Of a DNA stretch of 64,000 nucleotides, positions 1 to 11,610 are shown piece by piece (the stretch's first letter is position 1; each line of letters opens with the position of its first letter). Location: contig OZ210884.1 of NCBI GenBank assembly GCA_964658305.1, positions 6,820,001 to 6,884,000 of the forward strand, in the 5' to 3' direction. The notes below the pieces were generated by a model, which worked only from the letters and a program-made list of their open reading frames with translations, was not told the DNA's origin and ran no database searches. The translations under genes were made by a program, and so were the position numbers. This stretch comes from Leptogorgia sarmentosa. Lineage: Eukaryota.

Positions 1-795
1 CCCAATCAGTGAGCCCAACAAGCCGCACCCATCACGTACTACTGAATGTTACGTCATGCGTGCGGATTGTTGGGCTACTTATCAATCCGAACAATCCACC
101 TCTTGCAACAGAATGAACAGATTAACTGGATTGCAGTCCAATTCAGAAATGGAACATTTAATCTGAAATGTGATTCAAAAATCTGTTTTTGGATTTGTCA
201 AAAGAAACGCGACTTTAGATTGCGAGATTAGTACGAGTTGTTTTAATAATAGAATCAGCGATGAAACAAAATTTCAGCCGGAAACGGAAGTCAGCAGACT
301 GATTGTTTTTTGGCTGCTCGCTATATCTGTCTGCCGAGGAATTGGATAGCGAATGGTAGTGTGATTCTACTAAAAGTTAGCTATATTTACTCATATTATC
401 ATAATTTGCGCAAACCAAGTATTTTGACCATCAGAATTATTAATTATTGTCAAAGATTCCTTTTTGCTTCCCTTTCGGTTTTCCTTTAACATCTGCAATG
501 AGGGTATATCTTCACTTGTAGCAGTAAAAAATCCCTAAACAGATGCGAAGGTATTACGTAGAAGAAATTCAAAAGTGTCTAGTGGGGAATGGTCGATTAT
601 TTGTGAAAATAAATTGTTAATTATTCGTCTCAAACTACTTTCATCTTAAAGCAGGATTCAGCTAGAGATTTTATATCTTTTTGTCTGCCTCGGGCTACGA
701 CAACTTGTAATGTTGTCTCGCATATGCAAGCTAATAGTTCGTTGTACATGATGGAACTAAAATGCGCGCCCTGTTCTCATCGAAACATCTGTTTA

Positions 796-1046
796 CCCTT
801 ATGAAAAATACACATGTGTTTCACATGTGAATCACATGTGATTGTTCCAATTCCACATGTGAACTGAAACTCATGTAAAACCCACATGTGAAACACATGT
901 GAAACACATGTGAATCACACGTGAATCACATGTGAATCATAATATTATGTGAATCATTGTGAATCATGTGATTGTTCCAATTCCACACGTGAACGTACCA
1001 CATGTGTTTCACATGTGGGTTTTTACATGTGTATTTTTCGTAAGGG
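796..1046. mobile_element. Non-autonomous TIR element (MITE) filled with CACATGTG subrepeats
   Basis: Left end CCCTTATGAAAAATACACATGT matches right end ACATGTGTATTTTTCGTAAGGG with 1 mismatch. TA flanks both sides (794-795, 1047-1048). About a dozen CACATGTG/CACACGTG units inside. CCC..GGG ends, a 2-bp TSD and subterminal repeats resemble animal CMC/EnSpm elements (inference). Confidence 0.75.
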
Positions 1047-2234
1047 TAAAATAGGTCTCCACACTAATAACGATACAAAATTGTTTTAATCTCTAAGAGA
1101 TGAATCCTGCTTAAAATCAAATCATATAAATAATAGGCTATAGCTGTTAGGATTATGTAGGCTTGAAGCTTTGATATCATTTGTACGCCCTCTGAAACTA
1201 CTTTGATTTATGTTAGATAACGCGGTACGTACCGCATGTACTAGTACTTCACTTGACTATATTATATACTTCACTCCTTCATGTCGAACCAGTGCACTGT
1301 AAATTATCGATAAAACATCCAACAATAGTTATCCTACATGTATATACAAAGCACAGTTTGTCTACTTGGAGTACCCGTCTGGTATGGGACTACTGGAAAT
1401 TATGACAAAAATACTGCGAGTTTGAGCTAGTAGCCGAGGAGGATAGCCTCGGCCTCTATACTGGTTTTTGGCGTAGGTGTTTTTGCCAGAATCTCAGGAA
1501 TATATTTCTTTTAGCTTAGTTTAGAATATAGGCTTGTAATCACCTCGCCTTCGGCGACTAATTGTTAAATGAACAACGGCTGAGTAGCCAATCAGAATGT
1601 AGCATTTGTAATAGACGATGGTTGGGTGTATACTAAATTGGGATATTGATCATGAAATTATGACATTCACATTGCGTGCATAACAAAGAAACAAATCTAA
1701 AGCCATAGTTGAAACTTATGCCGACTGAGATCTGAACATCTGCAACAGTATTCAATGCCGGCAATGATCAAAAACAACTTTGAAGAAACATAATGACTTA
1801 TTTCTACTTCAAATACCCAATCACGTTGAAGCACTTTGATGATATAGCGCAGTTGAAATCAAAGTACAGCCCTCATTTTTATGCATATTGTATACATACA
1901 TTTTATGTTCATTTGACGACTTATTAATGTCAAATTTCGATTAATATTGACTAAAAAATTTTCAGTAGATTTGCTCAGGGATGATATAGCATTGAACTGA
2001 AAAAAAAAACAGACCACACACATGCACAAAAAGAACGCGGTTGAATGATGAAACAATAGCTCTGATACCACTTTTAACTAGTTTATTGTCAAAAAGGACC
2101 TTAACAATATAATAAATTATGTTAATTAACGTGATCAATATCCTATAATATAGACTAAAAGCCCACAAAAGCTGGAAAGCGTATTTAAAGGAAGTCCGAG
2201 GTAAATGCTTGAGTCAGTATAGTCAATATACACG

Positions 2235-3152
2235 ATGAATGAAAGTGAGAAATTTGAAGACGTTTTAACGACGTGTCATCTCAATAAGGAAAGAAGCTAT
2301 GTGACTGGATTTTCGTCCAGAGAATATGAAATCAATCGAATATCCAATATCGTTTTTCTTGGTGTTTTAACGTTGACAACAATTCTTCTGAATGCGTTTG
2401 CAATAATAACCATCCAAAAAAATCCCAAGTTAAAAAATAAGTTTTGTTATTTCGTTATTTTTATTCAGTCAGTCGTTGATTTAGGAGTTGGATGCATCGT
2501 CATACCGACAGTAACCGTCTTCTCACTTGAACCATTTATAAACGTTGACGTTTGCATTTCAATTCTCATAGCCAGATCAACAACAATTTTATTCACTGGT
2601 TTATCGATAGTCACATTATCAGCTTTGACTTTGGAGAGATATCTTGGTGTGCTTCATCCCAGTTTCCACCGTACACGTCTAACAAAGAAAGGAATTGTCA
2701 TTTATGTCGTTGGGGCAACTTTGGTGCTGTTGTCAATATTTGCTGTTTCAAACTTTATTGAAGATGAAATAAGCAAGTACACTTCAATATTGATACTGGC
2801 AACATTCTTAATTTTCGTCGTATTCGCTTACACTCGAATATATCTCGTGATCCGAAAGATAACCCGAGTCAGTGTACATGACGAAGCAAAACAAGGAGAT
2901 CGAAGACGTTTATTTCGTGAAACAAAACATGCCCTAGCTTGTTTCATTGTCGTGGCCTTCTTCATTGTATTAATGATACCTTACATGCTGTACCCAATTT
3001 TTGAACAATTCGGAAGAATGGCTTCTAACGCATATTCATTGTGGTCAGTGTCACTGCTGCTCTCAATCTCCTCCGTAAATTCGGCTATATTTTTTTGGAA
3101 GAATACCGTTTTGAGAAACGAAGCCAAAAAAGTCGTGAAAAACATGTTTTGA
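2235..3152 (+). CDS. Intronless rhodopsin-like (class A) orphan GPCR, 305 aa, tandem copy 1
   Basis: Seven hydrophobic segments. TM1 LLN, TM2 SVVDLGVG, TM3 LERY (DRY variant), TM7 NSAIFFW in place of NPxxY, followed by a basic helix 8. Confidence 0.92.
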   Translation: MNESEKFEDVLTTCHLNKERSYVTGFSSREYEINRISNIVFLGVLTLTTILLNAFAIITIQKNPKLKNKFCYFVIFIQSVVDLGVGCIVIPTVTVFSLEPFINVDVCISILIARSTTILFTGLSIVTLSALTLERYLGVLHPSFHRTRLTKKGIVIYVVGATLVLLSIFAVSNFIEDEISKYTSILILATFLIFVVFAYTRIYLVIRKITRVSVHDEAKQGDRRRLFRETKHALACFIVVAFFIVLMIPYMLYPIFEQFGRMASNAYSLWSVSLLLSISSVNSAIFFWKNTVLRNEAKKVVKNMF

Positions 3153-3817
3153 ATGAATTTGAGAATTTACATCAAACCTGTAAGTCATGCAACTTAGTTG
3201 CAGCAGGTGTCCTTTCCGATTAAACAGCGAAATGTACAATTACTCGTACAATCAAACAGTGAAACTGATTTAACAATTTCTATGCTTGTAAAAAAAATCT
3301 GGCAAGAGCTATGACTTCATTATTCTATAATGGGACCACTGTGAAACAATTTCTCGGGAGAAGAACTCCCTGAAGAGCACTGAACTCTTACAAAACAGAT
3401 GTGAAACGATGAATTCGTTAAATCTGATTCACTATGTGTATTGTTTATCTATAGTTTCATCTTCTATATTCCGTGTATTATTAGCCCAGTGTCAAGTGAA
3501 AATCCGTTTGTAATGATGTTAAGGAGGCTAGCGTGAATAAATAATAAATTTGTGCATGTGAGTGAGTGTGTGCGTGTCTGTGTTTGTATATATATTCTGC
3601 CATGAATATGGCCATATGTCAACAAGGGACTTTTGTTTTAATGATGAAAATGAAATAAAATTCACTTTTCACTGCTAAACTGATTGTATTACGATAGAAA
3701 GGACATTGCACATAAGTTTGCTAGTTCATGGTTTGTTTCAAGCTTGAAGTGGCTGCGGCCACAGCAGCTGCCAAATTAATTGTTAAAATCACAATGGTCA
3801 ATTTTTTGGTATATATA

Positions 3818-3990
3818 GGCCCTTTGTACACCGGCGATTTTTACGAGCGATTTTCTCCTTTTGAACGATGTTAAGGAGTAGATTTCTTATCAAAGTTGTT
3901 ATGAGATTTCATAACGTGGAACATTTATAAGTAATCTACTTCTTCAGATCGTTTAAAAAGAAAAGATCGCAGATGGAATACATTGCCCAT
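3818..3990. repeat. Degenerate dispersed MITE-like repeat (PIF/Harbinger-like), related copies at about 28327-28537 and 35015-35100
   Basis: Shared core GCGATTTT..TTTCTCCTT(T/C)TGA..GATGT..A.GAG at all three places. Boundaries approximate. Confidence 0.45.
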
Positions 3991-4573
3991 GCGCAGATCA
4001 AAATGTAGTTAATATGCAGGAAGAGTAGACATATCAGATCTAAACATCTGCAACCGTATTTAATGGAAGCCGGCTCTCAACAAATTTGAAGAACATAATG
4101 ACTCATTTCTACTTCAAATACCCAATCACGTTACAGCACTTTGTGAGAGCGCAGATGAAAATCAAAGCCCTCATCATCTCTTGCCCTCGCTTGATTTTTT
4201 TTTTGCATATATTATACAGTATAAACCTTAAAATATATATTCTGTTATTCTGTGTTCAATTGAACACCAATTGCTACCGGTATTTGTTTTTTGCAAATTT
4301 ATCCGACGATCATATGATATCAAAGTAAAAAAAATAAGACACGGTTGTAGGATAAAAGAACAGACCTGCCCCCGCTATTGCGTTGATTGTAAATGAAGTA
4401 CAACAATTATATTACTGCAGTAAAAGATTTTAATTAAGGTGATGAATATCTTATATAATATACACCTAATTATCTACGACATTTGAGGCTACAAGCTACA
4501 AAGCTAGAAGTCAAGAAAACGTATTTAAGAAGAAGTTTGCAATAACTGCATTCAATCATGTGCTTCATCCACG

Positions 4574-5500
4574 ATGAATGAAAGTGAGAAATCTGAAAAT
4601 CTTTTACTGACGACGTGCTACCTCCTTAACAAGAAAACAGATCATGTCACTGGATTTTCGTCCAAGAAGTATGAAATCAATCGAATATCCAACATCGTTT
4701 TCCTTGGTGTCCTAACAGTGTCAACGATCCTTCTGAATGCGGTTGCAATCATAACCGTCCAAAAAACCCCCAAGTTAAAAAAGAAGCTCTGCCACTTCCT
4801 TATTCTTATCCAGTCAGTCGTTGATTTAGGAGTTGGATGCATCGTCATACCGGCAGTAACCGTCTTCTTACTTGAACCATTTATAAACGTTGACGTTTGT
4901 ATTTCAATTGTCTTAGCAAGATCAGCCTTATTTTTATTCACTGGTTTATCGATAGTCACATTATCAGCATTGACTTTGGAGAGATATCTCGGTGTGCTTC
5001 ATCCCATTTTCCACCGTACACGTCTAACAAAGAAGAGAATTGTCATTTATGTCGCTGCAGATACTTTGGTGCTGTTGTCAATAGTTGCTGCTTCAATTTT
5101 TGTTGCAGGTGAAATAATCAAGTACACTTCAATAGTGATTCTTGCAACATTTTTAATTTTCCTTGTCTTCGCATACACCCGAATATATCTCGTTATCCGA
5201 AAGATAACCAGAGTCAGTACAAATGACGAAACAGGTGAAGAAATTCGAAAACATTCACTTCGTGAGAAAAAACATTCTCTGACTTGTTTCATTATCGTGG
5301 CGCTTTTTGTTTTCTTCCTTATTCCGTACATGCTGCATCCAATTTTTCAACAATTTGGACGAATGACTTTCAACTTATACATGTGGTGGTCAGTCTCATT
5401 ACTACTATCAATCTCCTCCTTGAATTCAGTTATATTTTTTTGGAAGAACACCGTTTTCAGAAAGGCAGCTAAAAATGTCGTAAAAAACATGTTTGAATGA
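4574..5500 (+). CDS. Intronless rhodopsin-like (class A) orphan GPCR, 308 aa, tandem copy 2
   Basis: Colinear paralog of 2235..3152 with the same motifs (LERY, NSVIFFW). ORF intact. Confidence 0.92.
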   Translation: MNESEKSENLLLTTCYLLNKKTDHVTGFSSKKYEINRISNIVFLGVLTVSTILLNAVAIITVQKTPKLKKKLCHFLILIQSVVDLGVGCIVIPAVTVFLLEPFINVDVCISIVLARSALFLFTGLSIVTLSALTLERYLGVLHPIFHRTRLTKKRIVIYVAADTLVLLSIVAASIFVAGEIIKYTSIVILATFLIFLVFAYTRIYLVIRKITRVSTNDETGEEIRKHSLREKKHSLTCFIIVALFVFFLIPYMLHPIFQQFGRMTFNLYMWWSVSLLLSISSLNSVIFFWKNTVFRKAAKNVVKNMFE

Positions 5501-6750
5501 CTTACAGACTTTGTGTCAACCTGAAAGTTTAGTCTATTATATGCGGCAGATGTTGTGTAGTTTTTATGTACAATGAACAGCTCGTACAATTTGAGAAATA
5601 GTGAAAGTGCAATTACTGCGTGACTTAGTTCCTACGCCAATAAACAGAAAGAGTTCGCAGCAACATCGTTCCCAGAAGGAAAATTCACTAAATTCATTAA
5701 ACTCTTACGGAACAGATCTGAAAGAAGGAATTGCATGTTTGAATTTTAATGACTCATAAAAATATTGTGTGGAGTTTCATGTTCTACTATGTAATCTGTA
5801 TATTCTATATATTGTACATATATAGCCAAGTTCCAAATTATGTTATTGAGGCTAGCGTTATAACAAATAAAGTTGTGTGTGCGCGCATGTGTTCTGTTAT
5901 GAATATGTCCAATGAACAGCTTGTCGATAAAATGTGACTGAGTCACAGGCAAATTAATGGGAGTTTTACATCTATATGTTTTTAATCTGTGACAAAAGTC
6001 CTTTGCTTTAATGAACCTTAAGAAAGCCCGCAGCGCGATCGTAACGCAAAATTTAAGAATTAAGACAAACCTCTCCAAATCATTTTGTTAATGTATGGGT
6101 TTCAAGCTACAGGGCCACAGCAGGTGCAAAAGGAAATATAATAGAACATTATATTTGTGAGAAAGGAAAAGCAGTAAAACAATGTGATGTGCATGTTCAT
6201 ATTCTGAATGATCATGACGTTGTAAATCTTAGTTGCTCAATCCAGCTACTCGGCTGGGTTAACATGCAGTTCAGTGGCTGAACCATGATCGACAAGTTTA
6301 TATATCAAATGAAGGTAATTTTGCTAGAACCACTCAATGTTTAACGTCGATTTTCTCTCACGCGCGGCTTTTGTCAGAAGAAAATTTTTAGGTCAGAATG
6401 CATCCCTATCCTTTTGGTCTTTATCAATCTCTGTAGGGAGAATTTGGCTGAATTGAACTTTAAAAGGAGAAAAGCTAAATTTTAGTCGCTTTCAAGTGCC
6501 AGTGGAATTTGGGTTTCATCTACGATTTAAAACTCGGTTTCACCATTGTCGAATATCCTTGGGCGTAGTCAACTAGCTTCCTTGTCTAATTGTTAAGTAA
6601 AGAATATGTACTATGTACTATATTGCCAGATTCTTTAATCGATTTTCAAAATAATAAGTACACGATCAATTACAATACAAGAAACAATTTTCAAACTACA
6701 GTCATTCCACTAGGGTTGAATAAACCAATGATCATGTTGCTGATAAAATG

Positions 6751-9322
6751 TCAGAAATCTACCACATTCAGCTTCACTGTACTGTTTGAATTGGTACGTA
6801 CACTGTTAACGGTGCATTGATAGGTGTCTGAATCATGTTTTTGCACATTTCTCTTCGTCAACCTCATGATACGAAGCGTGCCACCAGTATTTGACACAAT
6901 TCTGGTTTTGCTTCCCTTTAAAACTAAATGTCCTCTTGAATTCCTCCACTCAAATGTTGGTAAGGTTGCTTGACAGTTTTGAAATTTTACCACGCATAGT
7001 AAGGTAACCTTCTTTTGTCCCCTCTTTGCTGTGACAGATGATAGACCACTGAACACTGTTGGTGCTTTATTACCACATGGTGGAACTGTTAAAGACGTAA
7101 TGAAACTGGTCAGAATTTGTATTTATACATTTTCAGTTGGAAATGACTTGCAATTGGATTAATTAATAAAAAATGCGTCGTGTTCTGACCGACGGATTTC
7201 TTTTGAAATGGACTTAAAAACAACTGATTTCCCAAGAAATTTCCTCTAGTTACGGTCTTGAGCGTAAATAAGAATAAGTATCTGTTTTTTCTGCCTTCGT
7301 TTTCAACGTTATTTCAATCTTCATTCTATGAAACAGTGCCGGAACGAGAATTACGAGATTAATAGCTATAGTGCACTTCTATATGTGTTACTTACGGTGC
7401 ATGGTAACTGTAATGTTATGCGAATCTTCGCCAAAGCTGTTAAATCCTTTACAGCGGTACTTGCCCTGATCAGACATCCAACCTTTAGGAATGGAGAGGA
7501 CCTGCTTATTGTCACTAAAATGATATCTTGACCCTGTCTTGAGTTGAATTTCCTGATCATTCTTGTACCATTTTACATCAAATGGTTTATTACTTATGAA
7601 ATCACAATACAAATACACTTCTTCGTCAACATAGAAATCTTCATCTGGATCGGATGCGTCGTCAAGTGTAGGTGAATTGGTTGCTGTAACAAAAAAACAC
7701 TTCAATACTGGGTATACAGAGCGTGTTCAATGACGTTTTCATGACTTCAATCAACGTCAATAAACCCATTTCGGGTTGCTCTCGTGCAGTTAAACTGAAA
7801 TTATTATTATACCAATTTAACCCTTGACGAATTACTTTATTATATTCATTTTGAATCATGTATGATTTAATATAGTATATATAGAATATGAATATAATAA
7901 AGTGGAAATTGCACTTCGTGTCATCATTTGATTTCAACTGGCTTGTGAGTTGTGAATACAAATTGTACTCCCACCTCGCGGTCATGCAAATTTGTAATCA
8001 TGCGTTTGATTAATATTTCTGACCAAACTGCACTTTACTCAGTGCAATTACCATTATATATACGGAATTTTGTTATCTGTTTACTTGGTGTGAGATTGTT
8101 AGCATTTGGAATTTAAATTTGGGAAACAATCTTACTGGTTCATTTGATTAGTTTCCACTGCGTTCTCTGCATACGTGCAGTACTGCAGCTTGTTTAATTA
8201 TTAAAGATCGATATTAATGCAAGATTTTTTCCTTAGCTATGATGTATAACCTCGTACATATTTAATATCCAGACGACTTTTCATATACAAAATTGCACAG
8301 AGGGATGGGTCAGGGTAAATTAGAATTATTGTCAAATTGGGATATGAGGCCGCTACCAATATACATATAAGGTCAAAATGTACTGTTGTCAATCTGTATA
8401 TACAACGACAAGCGCCTCACCCCACTTTAAACCTCTTCATAATTAACGTGGGAAATGGGAGGAAGTTTTACGTTTTTTGGTATTATGCATGATATGCATC
8501 ATATGCATATAAATGATTTGCGGGGGCGAATGAAAAAGTTTAGCTTACCCCGCCCAAGTACTTACTGACTTACAGTACTTCCTGGAAGGAAGATACACTT
8601 CTTCGGATCAATTATGAAAATTGAAATTTTTGTTTATTATAGTTCACAGAAAATATCGAGTATACATATCTGAAAAGTCAGGTGCGAGTGTATTGGCCAT
8701 GTTTTTTGAAATATAATAAACTAGCTTTAATTAAACTATCTTGATACGATAATTGCAATAATGTATATATTGTGGCATACACAATTCGATAAAATTCCAA
8801 ATAAAAGTGAAAACAGATTTGATATAGCTAATCTATTTTATTGTTTTCCCCTCTTTTTCGAAATGTAATGATCTTTTTGTATTTTTATTCCTATCAGTTT
8901 GTATGCATATATAAACTGTCTGCGGCTACTTCAACAAAAATTACGTCAAATTTGCCAGCTATGTCGGCAAACGTTAACGTACCGGAAAAATTATTCTGCG
9001 GAAACGCTAAACAAACACTTTGACGGCAAAACAAACCTAGTGAAGTTTATTTATTATAAAAAGGCTCAGACAATGAATAACATTTCTTCCCATATAAAAG
9101 TTCATAAGTTGCAACAATAATTTTGATGAAAGGACTATGGAAAATATCGTAGCAAAACGATTTTAGGATCATTCATATGTAGAAGCGTGTCATGTGACAC
9201 GACATAAATCAAATGACATATAGTTTACCTGTCGAGGTAGCGTCACCAAACTGATCATTCCCAAAAGTCCAGGGTGACCAAAGTAAAAGCATAAATGAAA
9301 AAATTATTGAACTTCTAATCAT
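6751..9322 (-). CDS. Secreted two-immunoglobulin (I-set-like) domain protein, 238 aa, 3 exons
   Basis: Exons on the minus strand: 9322-9229 (MIRSSIIFSFMLLLWSPWTFG signal peptide), 7683-7396 (Ig1: YLYC..VKWYKN..DQGKYRC), 7085-6751 (Ig2: VTLLC..FEWRN..DSDTYQC, stop). Both introns are GT-AG and phase 1. Total 717 nt in frame. No TM segment. Confidence 0.85.
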
Positions 9323-11449
9323 TCTTTCCTTGGAAAATGTCAAACAAATTTTGATTGATTGTATTTGCCAGGTACTGCTGTTGAAAAAACTCCAATTATC
9401 TTGGTCGATTTAATTGCCTTGCACATATCCAGCTCTGTTATATATATAGCTTGAAAACCATGACGATACTTGCATCATGGGATAAATTTAGTTCGAGCAG
9501 AGTCATGAGATACATCCACGCCCACGGCAGGAGGAAATGAAAATACGACCATGAATCATTGTTTTCGCTTTCGAGAACATTTTAAAATATGATACTATTT
9601 TTTAGCACAAACTATGAGGAAGTAAATTATCAGTATTTATATTCAACCGCAATACGCGAAATTATAAAGTCTTCAGTTATATACGCTGCACGCGAGATGT
9701 TAGCTATTTAATTTATTACTATACCTGTAACTTATAGACACCAACACTTTAATTTTGTCATTTTGGACCCCATTTCACAAAATTTCTCCTTTAAACAATT
9801 TCGGGGGTTTTTCACCATATATTTTTTTCACCATATTCAGCAATGCAGTAATTTTTGTTGTACTAACAAGGGATAGAGATTAATTCTCAGCCTCACTTAA
9901 TTTGTATTTGCTTTCCGATAGAGTGAATTGAATTATGAAACGAAGATATTTTCATGCATTAGACAGTATCAATTGTATTGTATTTCATCACAGTTGCCTC
10001 ACATGACACACGTTAAAGCTGAAATCAAATTAAAGGCTAAATAAACGCATGATTTACCCACATGATAACGTCATGTCACAAAGCAATACTCGATCAACCC
10101 GCTATATTACGCAGCTATAATAGTGATGATTCATGTTGTGTATGGGGAATCTGCTCGTGTATGCAAGGAAATTATTATGTTTGTAAAGTCAAAGATGTCT
10201 TTTTCCGAATATAATTTATTTGGAGTTTAGCTGGCTAAACAAAACAGTGTGCCCGTTTTCCTATTTTAGTGGGAGTGGATTTAGTGAGTGGGCTGATTCT
10301 AAGAACAATCTATTCCCATTGCAAAGAATGCTGTCCTAGTATCAAAGTCCATGTCACGTTTGAGGAAGAAATTATTGTGCATAACTTTGGAAAACACAAG
10401 AACTTCTGTGGTTACACGCATAAAAATTTCGCAACATGTCAAAAAGATGTGTTCGAATATCAAGCTTGTAGCAAGCCTGTCAATAAGTTGCCGACAATAT
10501 TGCTGCTGTTTTGACACTGAGTTGCTAAAAGCATGTCACTCACAACCTGTTAACGAGTTGTTGAATTTCAAGATGATAACAAGTTGTTGGAACAAGCTTG
10601 TAGCAAGTCTGCTGCAGGTTTATCAGACTTTAATTGACTGAATGGCATCGCTGACGATGCGTGTTACTTAATTATATCTCGCAATGTATTGTAGTAAATT
10701 AAATAATTGAAAGCTCTTGAGAAGCTTCGAAGAATAGTCTGTCAAGATATGATAAAGTGTGTAGCTGGTCAGAGATGATAAATAGCATCATTCGACGGAT
10801 TTAGTTAGAGGACGCACAATTCAAAAAAAGACAATTTAAGTAAAAGGCGTCCAGTCACTGTGAGCGAAGCGATCCAAATTAGCTTCGAACTTATAGGTGA
10901 GATCTCAGCGCTAGGTGGGATCTCAGTCAAATGGAATAAAATTTTCCGTATGAAACACACTACACCTTTTCTAGATTTTGACCTCGAATATCGCATCGCA
11001 CGGCATAATTTGAAAATAAAAACAACGAAATAAACATTAAAAGACGTATACCGAAACTATCAAAGTCGTATGCAAAGTGCATTTTGTTTAATTACAACAA
11101 AAAAATTTCGAAGACGCCATATTTACACAATTATATTAAATCATATCAAGAGAGAAATAACTCATCCCACTCTGAACAGACTGAGCTTCCCACTAAACCG
11201 GGCTCATACGAACCAGCCCTTAATTTCAGATTGTCAGTACGACAGACTCACTTTTTTTATGCTTATTTGAAGAGATATTGAACATGAAATGTGTCAGTTT
11301 TTTTTACTCAAACTGTTCAATTTTGTCGGATCCAATTGTCGGATTGAAGTAAGGTATGTTCAGCAATCAATGTGTCCGATCCAGCTGCTGTAAAGTGGTT
11401 TAAGCGAGTCATACCATCCGACAATCGGATCCAAGTCATGATGAATGTA

Positions 11450-11610
11450 AGCCAACTCGGCCCAATATTAATATATGGCAATTCTGTCTCATCCAGGCCC
11501 GAACACTAATTCTGACCCTAGCAACAAAATGTTGAGAAAAAAAGCTTGAAAGAAATTGGGCCAAGTTGGTTGGGCCGAGTTGGTATGTGGGCCGAGTTGA
11601 CTGATTACCG
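11450..11610. repeat. HINE/DINE-1-like small element
   Basis: GCCAACTCGGCCC at about 11451 is the reverse complement of three tandem GGGCC(A/G)AGTTG units at about 11558-11600. An internal CTAATTCTGACCCTA tract is present. Family assignment is inference. Confidence 0.4.

Larger units (their letters stand above)
1728..6130 (+). repeat. Tandem segmental duplication, unit offset about 2.3 kb, each unit carrying a GPCR gene
   Basis: Non-coding blocks align as well: AGATCT(G/A)AACATCTGCAAC at 1728 and 4036, TTTCTACTTCAAATACCCAATCACGTT in both units, and GGCCACAGCAG near 3757 and 6113. Units are about 1728-3775 and 4036-6130. Confidence 0.85.

Noticed and set aside
796..1046. Repeat array superficially like CRISPR
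   Set aside because: Units are 8-11 bp with no unique spacers, they are bounded by TIRs, the context is eukaryotic, and no cas genes are present.
8545..8585. Extra microexon in the Ig gene (minus-strand acceptor with three GTAAG donors)
   Set aside because: The 8-nt and 16-nt options shift the frame and the 33-nt option contains an in-frame stop. The 3-exon model is already in phase.
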